From contig CBDBCF010000002.1 of NCBI GenBank assembly GCA_965202985.1, positions 544,001 through 608,000 of the forward strand: a DNA stretch of 64,000 nucleotides, written 5' to 3'. This document shows, in pieces, positions 29,356-38,755 of the stretch; the stretch's first letter is position 1; each line of letters opens with the position of its first letter. A program made the translations under genes and the position numbers. The notes below the pieces were generated by a model. The model was given only the letters and a program-made list of their open reading frames with translations, was not told the origin of the DNA and did no database searches. The stretch comes from Longimicrobiales bacterium. Lineage in GTDB: Bacteria; Gemmatimonadota; Gemmatimonadetes; Longimicrobiales; Gaopeijiaceae.

Positions 29356-32300
29356 GACGCGCCCCCCGACCGGAACATGCGCCTCTTGAAGAGCGGGTCC
29401 AGCGCCGTCGCTTCGCGGATGAGAGAGCTCCCGTTCACAAACACTTGGTCGGCCCCGTTGACGAATCCCTGGGCTGCCACGAACTCCTTGTCCCGGACGA
29501 AATCCGCCCTGCCCCAACCCTCCGTGTCCCGCCAGATCACGACAATCCGCCGCCTATTGACGGTTCCGGTTTGCACAAGGTACCGCCGTCCGTCGTCGTG
29601 GTGGACGCGGCGCGTCGCCACGCGAAGGCCCAGCAGGTAGGCGAACGTCTCCGGGAGGTCCGCGACGACCTCGCGCACTTGGCCGTTCGCCCCCGCGCGA
29701 AGCATGTACGAGAACGGCTTGTCCAGATCGAACACGTTCAAGAGCGTCGCGCTGTCCTTCGTCTCCCACCGGAGCATGTACCTGAGGACGTAGCCATCGA
29801 GCTCCAGCGCGCGCTGGCCCGCCTCGCCGTCGAAGCTGATGTTGCTCAGCGCGTCCTCGTAGCTCTCGATCCGCACGTACTTGACGACCTGCGGCCCCCT
29901 TTCCGCTTCCTCGGGCGTCGCCGCGCGCTTCGGCTTGCCGTCCTTCCACTCGGGCGCGAAGACGACCTTCTTCAGCCGAGGCAGCAGCATCTGGTCGAAG
30001 TACTCCCCCATCTCGACCAGAACGAACCGCCGGGCGCCCCCGTCGCGGCGGTTGAGGTCGACGACCGCGTGAGCCGTGGTGCCGGATCCGGCGAAGTAGT
30101 CCAGCACCGTTCCGTCGTGACGGGCCAGCAGCACGGCGCACCGGTCCACGAGCTGCGTCGGCTTGGGCTTGATCTCGTCGATCAGCCCCCTCATCTCGCC
30201 GTTTCCGAAGAGGTTCAGCAAGAGCTTGGTGGCGTCGGTCGTCGTCTTCACGTCGTCCCACAATGTCGTAGGCACCATGCCCTTGGCGCGCGCGTGCCGA
30301 AGGTAGCGCTTGCACATCGGCTTGGCCTCGCCCGACCGCCCGAACACAATCTGGCCGGCAGCGAGCAGCCGCTTCGTCTTGGCCGCGTCGAACCGCCAGT
30401 GGCGGCCCTCCGGCGGCCAGTGCTCCTCGCCCGTCTCGGGGTTGACGATCGGGTAAAGCAGGTTCTCTCGGACGTTGGGCGCGTCCATGGGGTCCAGGAC
30501 CCAAGGCCCCTGGGGATCGTCGTCCGGGTTGGAGAACTTCAAGTCGACGTGCGGCAGTCTGAACTCCGTCTTCTTGGACTCCAGGAACGTCCTGTCGGCC
30601 GCGAAGAAGGTCGTGTGGTTGGTGGAGATCGAGATCAGCGCGTCGTTGGACACCGACTTGCGACTGTTCCAGATGACGTCGGCCACGAAGTTCTCCCGGC
30701 CCCACGTCTGCTCTAGAACCCCTCGCAACACGGCGTATTCCCCGTCGTCGGTGCTGACGAAGATGCCCGCGCGCTGGGAAGCCAGCCTCCGCGAGGCGGC
30801 CAAGCGGTCGTTCATCATCGACAGCCACGAACTGTGTCGATAGTTGTCCTTGTAGACGAACTTCTCGTTCTGGCCGGTGTTGTAGGGCGGGTCGATGTAG
30901 ATGCAGTCCACTTCGTCTCTGTGCCGCTCCTCCAACAGGCCGAGCGCCTGCCAGTTCTCGCCGTGCACCAACGTGCCTGCGGTCATGCCGTCCAGGTCCT
31001 CCCACGACCCGAGAAGCCGGTCGACGAACGACTGCGAGAAGTGCCGCGTGTCGAGAACGAGCGTCGGATGCCGCCGGAGGAAGGCCAGCCGCGCGTCCGC
31101 TTTGTCCTCTTCGTCCACGAACAGCAGCTCGCGCCACTCGTTCCACTGTTCTTCGCACTCGGCGATCTCCGGGTGGAACGCCTCGCCTATGCACCTCAGG
31201 GTGACGCAGTACTGGGTCTCCGTTACGAACTTGCGCTTCTCCCACAGCATCTTCTGAAAGGACTCGATCTGGTCCAAGAAGTCGATGATCCTGTGGCCCA
31301 CGGTTCCGATCACGCGCACCGTCTGAAACCAGCCTTCCGATCTTTCCTCGCCGGCCGTCAGGACGTTCGCTACGTTCATGACTTCGTTCTTGAGGTAGAA
31401 GTCGAGCTCGTTCGTCAAGAACCTTTTCAGGTCCTTGTGAACGAAGTAGTCCGACGTGTTGCGCCTCGTGTACTGCCGAAGGTGATGCTCGAGAATCGTG
31501 ACCACTTCCCCGCTGGCCCTGGTCCGGCGCTCCGCGGTCAGGGCGGCGTGCGCGCGCGCAGCGTTGCTCGTCTTCGTCAGGTGTTCCGGTATCGCGACGA
31601 GCGCGCGAGCAATGATCTCTTCCTGCGCGCCGTTGACGCCCTTCTTGCCGTTGCCGAGGCTCTCGTCCTTCGTCAGCGGACGGTATTCGAACGGAATCGC
31701 AAGGTGGGAGGCTTGGTCGTCCCATGCGATCTGGTCGATCCGAGGCACGAAGAAGCGCCGGTCGCCCTTGATGTTGTCCTGTTCGACGTCGGCGGCCGCC
31801 AGGCGGAAGGCGACGCTGACGCCCTTGGCGTTGAATGCGTAGTCGCGGAATACCTCTGTCGTCTTGACGTAGTACTGATCCTTGTTGGACCAGTGCAGAA
31901 GAACCTCTTCGCCGTTGTACGGGACCGCGTAGCGCTGGCGCATCGAGTACCGGCGCTGGGACATGAAGTCGCCGCGGTCGTAGTACCGGCCGAAAAAGGT
32001 GAACAGGTGGTTGTAGATGTCGAGTTCGATCGCCGTCCGGCTTCTGGCGCCGCTGGACGACAGCTCGCGAAAGCGGACGTACTTGCGTCCGAGCGCAGTG
32101 TCGTCGTGCGGCGACCTGAGCGATCCGTCGGGCGCGATGACGTCTGATGCAAAGAATTCTCTGATCTGCGTGGCCGCCTCTTCCATCTCCTGGGCCGCCC
32201 AAGCCTGCTCCCGGAGGATGCCTCGGTCGAGCTCCTGATCGACGACGGCGGGCAGATCCTCGACAACGAACTTCTCGATTACGTCGCGCTTGTGGTTCAG

Positions 32301-32444
32301 TATGCGGTAGACGCCGAAGTCGAGGTCCGCCGATTCGAACTGAAAGAGTTCGCGCAGCAGGGTCTGGAACTTCACGCAAGCGGGAGTGGGCTGCCCGCCG
32401 CGCGTCGCTTCGCTGGCCGTCATTTGTTTCTCGCCTTCCGTCAT
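29352..32444 (-). CDS. Type III R-M Mod subunit (adenine DNA methyltransferase, long form)
   Basis: DLDFGVYRI N-terminus, YIDPPYNTG, KPKP, LDYFAGSGTT; alternative ATG at 32423. Confidence 0.9.
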   Translation of the reverse strand: MTEGEKQMTASEATRGGQPTPACVKFQTLLRELFQFESADLDFGVYRILNHKRDVIEKFVVEDLPAVVDQELDRGILREQAWAAQEMEEAATQIREFFASDVIAPDGSLRSPHDDTALGRKYVRFRELSSSGARSRTAIELDIYNHLFTFFGRYYDRGDFMSQRRYSMRQRYAVPYNGEEVLLHWSNKDQYYVKTTEVFRDYAFNAKGVSVAFRLAAADVEQDNIKGDRRFFVPRIDQIAWDDQASHLAIPFEYRPLTKDESLGNGKKGVNGAQEEIIARALVAIPEHLTKTSNAARAHAALTAERRTRASGEVVTILEHHLRQYTRRNTSDYFVHKDLKRFLTNELDFYLKNEVMNVANVLTAGEERSEGWFQTVRVIGTVGHRIIDFLDQIESFQKMLWEKRKFVTETQYCVTLRCIGEAFHPEIAECEEQWNEWRELLFVDEEDKADARLAFLRRHPTLVLDTRHFSQSFVDRLLGSWEDLDGMTAGTLVHGENWQALGLLEERHRDEVDCIYIDPPYNTGQNEKFVYKDNYRHSSWLSMMNDRLAASRRLASQRAGIFVSTDDGEYAVLRGVLEQTWGRENFVADVIWNSRKSVSNDALISISTNHTTFFAADRTFLESKKTEFRLPHVDLKFSNPDDDPQGPWVLDPMDAPNVRENLLYPIVNPETGEEHWPPEGRHWRFDAAKTKRLLAAGQIVFGRSGEAKPMCKRYLRHARAKGMVPTTLWDDVKTTTDATKLLLNLFGNGEMRGLIDEIKPKPTQLVDRCAVLLARHDGTVLDYFAGSGTTAHAVVDLNRRDGGARRFVLVEMGEYFDQMLLPRLKKVVFAPEWKDGKPKRAATPEEAERGPQVVKYVRIESYEDALSNISFDGEAGQRALELDGYVLRYMLRWETKDSATLLNVFDLDKPFSYMLRAGANGQVREVVADLPETFAYLLGLRVATRRVHHDDGRRYLVQTGTVNRRRIVVIWRDTEGWGRADFVRDKEFVAAQGFVNGADQVFVNGSSLIREATALDPLFKRRMFRSGGAS

Positions 32445-32466
32445 GGGGTGGTTGTGGGCGGCAAAG

Positions 32467-33264
32467 CTAAAACGCCGACCGGATCGCCCAAAGGTCGGGG
32501 AACGCGGGGTCGCCCAGGGTGGTGCGCAGGTACGCCGCGCCGGGCGATCCGCCGGTGCCGGGGCTGGCGCCGATCGTGCGCTCCACCATCTTCACGTGGC
32601 GGTAGCGCCACTCCTGGACGCCTTCGTCCAGGTCGACCAAGCGCTCGCACAGGTTGCACAGCTCGGGGTCGGCGCGGTAGATGCGGACCAGCGCCTCTTG
32701 CAACGCCGGGTTGGGCTCGACGGGGCGGGTCGGTTCGCGGTCCAGGACCTCCGCGGGGACGGCGCAGCCGCGTTGGGCCAGGAACGCCACGAAGCGGTCC
32801 CACAACCCCGGGGCCCGGAACCTGCGCTCCAGCCGGCGACGCTCCTCCGAGGCCTCCGGAAAGCGTTCCAGCACGGCGCGCCGCTTGCGCCCCAGGACGA
32901 ACTCCAGCTCGCGGAACTGGGCCGACTGGAAGCCGCTGGCGGACTCCAGGCGGTCGCGGAACGACTTGAACTCGACGGGCGTCATCGTCTCCAGGATGTC
33001 GAGCTGGGCCACGAGCACTTTGAGCACCGAGAGCACGCGCTTCAGCGAGGCGGCGGCCCGGGGTGCGTCGCCGTTCGCCAGCAGCAGACACACGTGGTCC
33101 AGCTCGTGGAGGACGACCTTGAACCAGAGCTCGTAGACCTGGTGGACGACGATGAAGAGCATCTCGTCGTGCTCCTCCGGGTCCGACAGCGGCGACTGCA
33201 ACGACAGCAGCTCGGGGACTTTCAGGTAGCTCTGGTAGGTGACGAAGCTGGGGTTGCCGCTCAT
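32467..33264 (-). CDS. kynA: Tryptophan 2,3-dioxygenase
   Basis: YQSYL, HDEMLFIVVHQVYELWFK, SGFQSAQFR, WRYRHVKMVERTIG, GTGGS; ATGA coupling. Confidence 0.93.
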   Translation of the reverse strand: MSGNPSFVTYQSYLKVPELLSLQSPLSDPEEHDEMLFIVVHQVYELWFKVVLHELDHVCLLLANGDAPRAAASLKRVLSVLKVLVAQLDILETMTPVEFKSFRDRLESASGFQSAQFRELEFVLGRKRRAVLERFPEASEERRRLERRFRAPGLWDRFVAFLAQRGCAVPAEVLDREPTRPVEPNPALQEALVRIYRADPELCNLCERLVDLDEGVQEWRYRHVKMVERTIGASPGTGGSPGAAYLRTTLGDPAFPDLWAIRSAF

Positions 33265-35813
33265 CGGTCGCTCGTTCCGGCTGAGGGTTTGCCTTCGGGG
33301 CCGATCCCCAGGCGGGGAGTGAAGCCTTCCAGCGCTTGGTGGTACGGGTCGGGCCACGGCATCGGATGGCCCAGCGCGTAGGCGGCGTGGCGCGTCCAGT
33401 AGGGGTTCCACAGGTGGGCGCGCGCCATGAGGCACAGGTCGGCCCGCCCCGCTGCGACGATCCCGTTCACGTCTTCGAACGACGAGATGTTTCCCACGGC
33501 CATCGTGGCGACCCCGGCTTCGTGGCGGATGCGGTCGGCGAACGGCGTCTGGAACTGCCGTCCGTACTTGGGCTGCTGGTAGGGTACGGTCTGGCCCGCC
33601 GACACGTCCACCGCGTCGCACCCGACCGCCTTGAGGGCCTTGGCGATCTCCACGGCGTCCTCGGGCTCGTTGCCGCCCGGCGCCCAGTCCACCGCGGAGA
33701 TGCGCGCGGTCAGAGGCTTCTCGTCCGGCCAGACGGCACGCACCGCCGAAACCACGCGCAACGGAAAGCGCAGTCGGTTCGCCAGGCTGCCCCCGTAGTC
33801 GTCGGTGCGCTGGTTGGTCAGGGGCGACAGGAAGCTGGCCAGCAGGTAGCCGTGGGCCATGTGGACCTCGATCAGGTCGAAGCCGGCCTCCAGGGCCATC
33901 GTCGCGGCCCGCTGGAAGTCGGCCGCGACGGCGTCCATGGCGGCGGCGTCCAGCGCCTGCGGGACCGGGCTGTGCGGAAAGTAGCCCAGCGGCGACGCCG
34001 AGACGATCGGCCAGCCCCCCGCTTCCAGCGGCTCGTCGGCGCCCTCCCAGTGGATGCGCGTCGAGCCCTTGCGACCGGCGTGGCCCAGCTGGATGCCGAC
34101 CTTGGCTTGCGTGTTGCCGTGCACGAACCGGAGCACGCGACACCACGCCGCCACGTGTTCGTTTCGGTAGAGCCCGGCGCAGCCGGGGGAGATGCGGGCG
34201 TCGCGGCTCACCGCCGTCATCTCGGCGACGACCAGTCCCGCCCCGCCCACGGCCCTCGAGCCCAGGTGCACCAGGTGCCAGTCGTTCGGCGTGCCGTCTT
34301 CGGCCAAGTACTGGCACATGGCGGAGACGCCGACGCGGTTGGGCAACACCAGCTCCCGAAGGCGGAACGGCGTGAACAGGGGCGGAGGCGGTGGAGCCGG
34401 CGGGGGCGCGGGGGCCGGCTCGGGCGAGGGGGCCGACGCGGGGGCGGGGGCCGACGCGGGGGCCGCCAAGGGCACGGGGTCCTGTGCGGCGTCGGGCACG
34501 CAAGGTACGCCGGTTTGAGCCTCGGCCTGGGCGGCCACCCATCGGTCCACTTCCGCCACGAAGGCCGGGTCGCGCTCGCGCAGGTTCTCGTGAGAGATGC
34601 GCAGGCTGCGCGTCAGGAGCGAGAACGCGAACTGAATCGGCGCCATGTCCATGTAGCGCTCCGTGTCCTCGAACCACTGCAGGCTGGCCTGGGCGGCCCT
34701 TTGGAGAGACTCGACGGCAGGTCGGCGTTCGGCTTCGTAAGCGGCCAGGGCGGTGGTCGGGGCGTCGGGCGTGTCCATGGCGTTGGCCAGGGCAATGGCG
34801 TCCTGCATGGCCAGCCGCGTTCCCGACCCCACCGAGAAGTGGGCCGTATGGGCGGCGTCCCCCAACAGCACCAGGGGCGACGGCGGGTGGACGGGCTCGT
34901 CGGCGTCGGCACCCCCGGCGACGGCCTGCTCGTCAACCTCGGCCGACGCCCACCAGCGCCCGCAGCGCACCGTGGGAAAGCGCCGCCACATGGAGCGGTT
35001 GCCGACCAGCGGGCTGTCGCCCAGTTCTTCGCGGAACAGGTGCGAAAGGAACCGGATCGTCTCGGGCTCGGAGGCCTGTTCCATGCCGGCTCGCCGCCAC
35101 GTGTCGTCCGTGGCCTCCACGATGAACGTCGAGGCCCCGGCAGCGTCGTACTGGTAGGCGTGCACCCGCCACAGCCCGTGCCGGCTCTCCTTGAAGTGAA
35201 AGGTGAACGCGGGAAAGGGCCTCGCGACGCCCAGCCAGACGAAGCGGTTGGGGCGAAGGTCTGCCTCGGGCTGGAACGTCCGCGCGAAGCGTTGCCGGAG
35301 TGCGCTGCCGGCACCGTCCGCGGCCACTACCAGGTCGGCGTCCCAGAGAGCTTCGCCGGAGGGGAGGACGGCGCCGGACGGGACGGCCGGGTCGGAGTGA
35401 TGGTCCGCGCTGAACGGTGGGGGCGCGTTCGTGCGGCTGGGATCGGCCTCGCCGACTTCGGTCTCGAAGTGGAGGTCGACGCCCAGCTCATGGCAGCGTC
35501 GGTGCAGGACGCCCAGCAGCGTCCGCCGAGACAGCCCTGCAAAGCCGTGGCCGGTGGACTCCAGTCGGCGGCCCCGGTAGTGCACGTGGATGTCGTCCCA
35601 GTGGTGAAAGGCCTCCGTCATGGCCTGGTGCGTCTCGGGGTCGGCGGACCGGACCTCTTCCAGCGCCGCGTCCGAGAAGACCACGCCGAAGCCGAAGGTG
35701 TCGTCCGGGCGGTTGCGCTCGAAAACGCGAACCGGGCGCGACGGGTCCGCCTTTTTGAGCAGCACCGCCGCAAGCAGGCCGCCGGGCCCGCCCCCGACGA
35801 CGTGGATCCTCAA
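33261..35813 (-). CDS. abmA: 2-aminobenzoyl-CoA monooxygenase/reductase (salicylyl-CoA 5-hydroxylase/oxidoreductase family)
   Basis: FAD monooxygenase half (GGGPGG, DDTFGFGVVFSD, GDAAHTAHFSVGSGTRLA) fused to an OYE half (SAMCQY, HMAHGYLL, NQRTDDYGGS). Confidence 0.88.
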   Translation of the reverse strand: MRIHVVGGGPGGLLAAVLLKKADPSRPVRVFERNRPDDTFGFGVVFSDAALEEVRSADPETHQAMTEAFHHWDDIHVHYRGRRLESTGHGFAGLSRRTLLGVLHRRCHELGVDLHFETEVGEADPSRTNAPPPFSADHHSDPAVPSGAVLPSGEALWDADLVVAADGAGSALRQRFARTFQPEADLRPNRFVWLGVARPFPAFTFHFKESRHGLWRVHAYQYDAAGASTFIVEATDDTWRRAGMEQASEPETIRFLSHLFREELGDSPLVGNRSMWRRFPTVRCGRWWASAEVDEQAVAGGADADEPVHPPSPLVLLGDAAHTAHFSVGSGTRLAMQDAIALANAMDTPDAPTTALAAYEAERRPAVESLQRAAQASLQWFEDTERYMDMAPIQFAFSLLTRSLRISHENLRERDPAFVAEVDRWVAAQAEAQTGVPCVPDAAQDPVPLAAPASAPAPASAPSPEPAPAPPPAPPPPPLFTPFRLRELVLPNRVGVSAMCQYLAEDGTPNDWHLVHLGSRAVGGAGLVVAEMTAVSRDARISPGCAGLYRNEHVAAWCRVLRFVHGNTQAKVGIQLGHAGRKGSTRIHWEGADEPLEAGGWPIVSASPLGYFPHSPVPQALDAAAMDAVAADFQRAATMALEAGFDLIEVHMAHGYLLASFLSPLTNQRTDDYGGSLANRLRFPLRVVSAVRAVWPDEKPLTARISAVDWAPGGNEPEDAVEIAKALKAVGCDAVDVSAGQTVPYQQPKYGRQFQTPFADRIRHEAGVATMAVGNISSFEDVNGIVAAGRADLCLMARAHLWNPYWTRHAAYALGHPMPWPDPYHQALEGFTPRLGIGPEGKPSAGTSDR
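34428..34463. repeat. 18-bp tandem repeat x2 in the abmA interdomain linker
   Basis: GGGGGCCGACGCGGGGGC twice, encoding APASAP units. Confidence 0.75.
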
Positions 35814-37105
35814 GGGCCGCCCGGCGTACGCGGAGCTGGGTTAGCCGTCGGGACCGGTAGGCGCTCCATCGACCCGGGCTTGCCCGTCACTCGCCGCGTC
35901 CCCTTCACCAGCGCGCCCCCGATGATCAGCTGCTGGATCTCGGTGGTGCCTTCGTAGATGCGAAGCGCGCGGACGCTCCGGTAGAGGTGGTCCAGGGGGT
36001 GGTCGGCCAGCACGCCCCTGCCTCCCAGCACCTGCACCGCTCGATCCACGATCCGCTGGGCGGCCTCGGTGGCGAAGGATTTGGCCATGGCGGCCTCCTG
36101 TGTGATCCGGTCGGCGCCCCGGTCCTTCTTCCATGCCGCGCGATAGGCGAGAAGCCGAGCCGCGTCCAGCTCCGTGGCCGACGCTGCCAGCTTCTGCCGG
36201 ATCAACTGAAACGAGCCCAGGGGGGCGCCGAACTGGGTCCGCCGGCGAGCGTGGCGCACGGCCTCCCACAGTGCCCGACCGGCCATGCCGCACGCCGCCG
36301 CCGCCACGGTGGGGCGGAGTCTGTCCAGCGTGGCCAAGCCCGTCTTGAGGCCGCTGCCTTCGGGTCCCAGACGAGCCGATTTCGGGATCCGGCAGTCGTC
36401 GAAGCGAACTTCGCCCAGCGGATGAGGGGCGCTCATGACAAATGCTTTGACAAATACTACCCCTTTTTTGTCATTTGGAACGACGAAACAAGAGATCGTA
36501 TCGCTGTCACTGGCCGCTTGAACGTCAGATTTGACAGATTGCTTCCCTGTTTTGGCAAAAACCACGTAGAAGTCTGCGATGCCGGCGTTGGAGACGAACG
36601 CCTTGCCGCCGGTCAGATTGTACGCTTCGCCGTCGGGGTCGCACACGGCCCGCGTGGTCATCGACGCCACGTCGGAGCCCGCGTCCCGCTCGGTCATGGC
36701 GAAGGCGCCCATGGCGCGTCCGGCCAACGCTCGCTCCGCCCAGCCGTCGGGGTCTCGGTCGTGCAGAAGCGCCGGGGTGGCGCTGAGGGCCTGCAGGGCG
36801 AAGACGGCGTCGGCCAGCGGCGACCACCACGCCAGCTGTTCTCGCGCGATCAGGCATCCGCGAGCGTCGCCGTCCGCGATCGGAGCGTACAGTCCGGCGT
36901 CTCCCATGAGCCGAACGAGCTGCCGGGCGCGGACTCGGGCTTCGTCGTCCGTTGCCGGGTCGGGGGCGTCGCGCAAGCACTCGCGGCAGAACGCCGCCAC
37001 GCGCTCCCTATAGTCGTGGTGAGCCGGTTCCACGAACGCCGCGACCGTGTCCAGCGACAGCCCCTGCCCTGCCCCCGCCGGCGCCTCGCGCGTCGTGCTA
37101 GGCAA
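35810..37105 (-). CDS. Acyl-CoA dehydrogenase
   Basis: [42 protein letters not shown]. Confidence 0.92.
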   Translation of the reverse strand: MPSTTREAPAGAGQGLSLDTVAAFVEPAHHDYRERVAAFCRECLRDAPDPATDDEARVRARQLVRLMGDAGLYAPIADGDARGCLIAREQLAWWSPLADAVFALQALSATPALLHDRDPDGWAERALAGRAMGAFAMTERDAGSDVASMTTRAVCDPDGEAYNLTGGKAFVSNAGIADFYVVFAKTGKQSVKSDVQAASDSDTISCFVVPNDKKGVVFVKAFVMSAPHPLGEVRFDDCRIPKSARLGPEGSGLKTGLATLDRLRPTVAAAACGMAGRALWEAVRHARRRTQFGAPLGSFQLIRQKLAASATELDAARLLAYRAAWKKDRGADRITQEAAMAKSFATEAAQRIVDRAVQVLGGRGVLADHPLDHLYRSVRALRIYEGTTEIQQLIIGGALVKGTRRVTGKPGSMERLPVPTANPAPRTPGGP

Positions 37106-37901
37106 ACTGCGGGTCGCGCTTCTCGGCGAAGGCCTTGCGGGCTTCCCGGAAGTTTTCGTGGGTCATGCACGCCGCCTGGGCCCGCGCCTCGTCTTCCAGG
37201 GCGGCATCCAAGTCCATGTGAGCTTCCCGGTTCAGCGCCTCCTTCGTGACGCCCAGTGCGAACGACGGACCGCGGGCGAGCGACTCCGCGAAGGCGGTGG
37301 CCTCGGGCAGCGCCTGGCCGTCGGGCACCACGCGATTGTAGAGGCCGATCCGGTGGGCCTCGGCCGCGCTGGCGAAGGCGCCCGACATGAGAAGCTCGGT
37401 GGCGCGCCCCAGGCCGACGATGCGGGGAAGCATCCAGGCCGCGCCCATGTCGGCGCCGGACAGTCCCACACGCGTGAACAGGAAGGCGATCTTGGCGGAC
37501 TCGGCCGCGATGCGCGCGTCGCAGGCCGTCGCGATGACGGCGCCCGCCCCTGCCACCGTGCCGTTCAGGGCCGCGACCACGGGCTTGCGGCAGCGACGGA
37601 TCGCCAGCACCAGGTCGCACGTCATGCGGGTGAACTCCAGAAGCGCCTCGTAGCTGCGGCCCAGGAGCGGGCCGATGATCTCGTCCACGTCGCCGCCCGA
37701 GCAGAAGGCGCGCCCCGTCCCGGTGATCACCACTGCGCGGACCTCCGGCGCGCGATCCAGTGTGCGGAACCCTCTCCGCAGCTCGTCGTACACCTCGAAG
37801 GTGAGCGCGTTGAGCCGCTCCGGCCGGTTCAAGATGATCCGGGCCACGGAGGTCGCCGGGTCCGTTTCCAGCAGGAAGGAGCTAGGGGAAAACGGCGTCA
37901 T
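37098..37901 (-). CDS. Enoyl-CoA hydratase/isomerase family protein
   Basis: LNRPERLNALT, AFCSGGD, KPVVAALNG, FTRVGLSGADMG. Confidence 0.92.
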   Translation of the reverse strand: MTPFSPSSFLLETDPATSVARIILNRPERLNALTFEVYDELRRGFRTLDRAPEVRAVVITGTGRAFCSGGDVDEIIGPLLGRSYEALLEFTRMTCDLVLAIRRCRKPVVAALNGTVAGAGAVIATACDARIAAESAKIAFLFTRVGLSGADMGAAWMLPRIVGLGRATELLMSGAFASAAEAHRIGLYNRVVPDGQALPEATAFAESLARGPSFALGVTKEALNREAHMDLDAALEDEARAQAACMTHENFREARKAFAEKRDPQFA

Positions 37902-38118
37902 CCGACCTGCGCGGCGGTCGCAGCCGCGACCGTAAAGTCGCCTTGGGCAAAGAATCGGCGGATGCGTTCCATGCCTGCCAATTACCCGCTTCCCCGCCCG
38001 CCCGTCAAACGCGCTTGCCGTCGGCTTCCGGTGCGGGCGGGGTCTGACGAAAACTCCGGGAATGCCCCATCGTAGGGGGGGACAGGCGGCGAAAGCAGCG
38101 AATCGGGGAGAAAAGCGG

Positions 38119-38667
38119 ATGACGAAGCAAGGCCGGGATCCACGGGATGGCCGGGGTCGACCGGATGGCCGGAATCAATGGGATAGCCAGAGTCCACGGA
38201 GACGGACGACGACTGGGGGACGGTGCTCGCGCCCCACGCTCGCGTCGGCGACGTTCCTCTTGGCATGGGCAACGGCCTTTGCCGTCGCCGGTTGCGGAAT
38301 ACGGCCTCGCGCCGCCGTGCCCGACGCCAACGCGGGACGGATCATCACGGCGGAGGAGATCGCGGACACCGAGGCCACCACGATGTGGGAAGCGTTGCGG
38401 CGAACCGTTCGTTACGTGCGCTTCGAGGAATCGGGAACCGGCGACCCGGAGCGGGTTCATCGGCGCGGCTCGTCCAGCATCGCGATGGCCGACGACGCCC
38501 GCATCTACGTGGACGGCGTGCGCGTCCGGGACGTGAGCCTGCTGGCGTCGCTGCCGGCCCGCAACATCGAGCGGATCCAGGTGCTGACGGGCGTGCACGC
38601 CACGACCTACTACGGCACCAACGCCGGCGACGGCGTGATCCTGATTCGGACGCGGGAGCCCGGTTGA
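38119..38667 (+). CDS. Stand-alone TonB-receptor plug-domain lipoprotein
   Basis: Lipobox AVAGC, IITAEEI, IYVDGVRV, NIERIQVL...ATTYYGTNAGDGVILIRT, then stop with no barrel; start uncertain. Confidence 0.75.
   Translation: MTKQGRDPRDGRGRPDGRNQWDSQSPRRRTTTGGRCSRPTLASATFLLAWATAFAVAGCGIRPRAAVPDANAGRIITAEEIADTEATTMWEALRRTVRYVRFEESGTGDPERVHRRGSSSIAMADDARIYVDGVRVRDVSLLASLPARNIERIQVLTGVHATTYYGTNAGDGVILIRTREPG
38131..38202. repeat. Degenerate 18-bp tandem repeat x4
   Basis: GGCCGGGATCCACGGGAT / GGCCGGGGTCGACCGGAT / GGCCGGAATCAATGGGAT / AGCCAGAGTCCACGGAGA. Confidence 0.65.
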
Positions 38668-38691
38668 GGGCACCCGGAGAACACCGCTTCG

Positions 38692-38739
38692 GGCGGGCGC
38701 GGGCGGACGGGCTTCACTGCCCCGTCGCCCGCGCCCGCC
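38692..38739. terminator. GC-rich hairpin between convergent genes (probable terminator, no U-tract)
   Basis: GGCGGGCGCGGGC(G)GACGGG pairs with CCCGTCGCCCGCGCCCGCC. Confidence 0.6.
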
Positions 38740-38755
38740 TCGTCGCTCTAGGCGG

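Noticed and set aside
29352..32444. Phase-variable type III mod (phasevarion)
   Set aside because: No simple-sequence repeat tract seen in or upstream of mod
19511..32466. Calling the defence region a defined mobile element
   Set aside because: No integrase, transposase, tRNA target or terminal repeats spanning it; only composition and gene content suggest acquisition
36433..36540. Tn7/CAST-like transposon end (TGACAAAT, TGACAGATT repeats)
   Set aside because: No terminal TGT..ACA end structure, no transposase, and the host reading frame is intact
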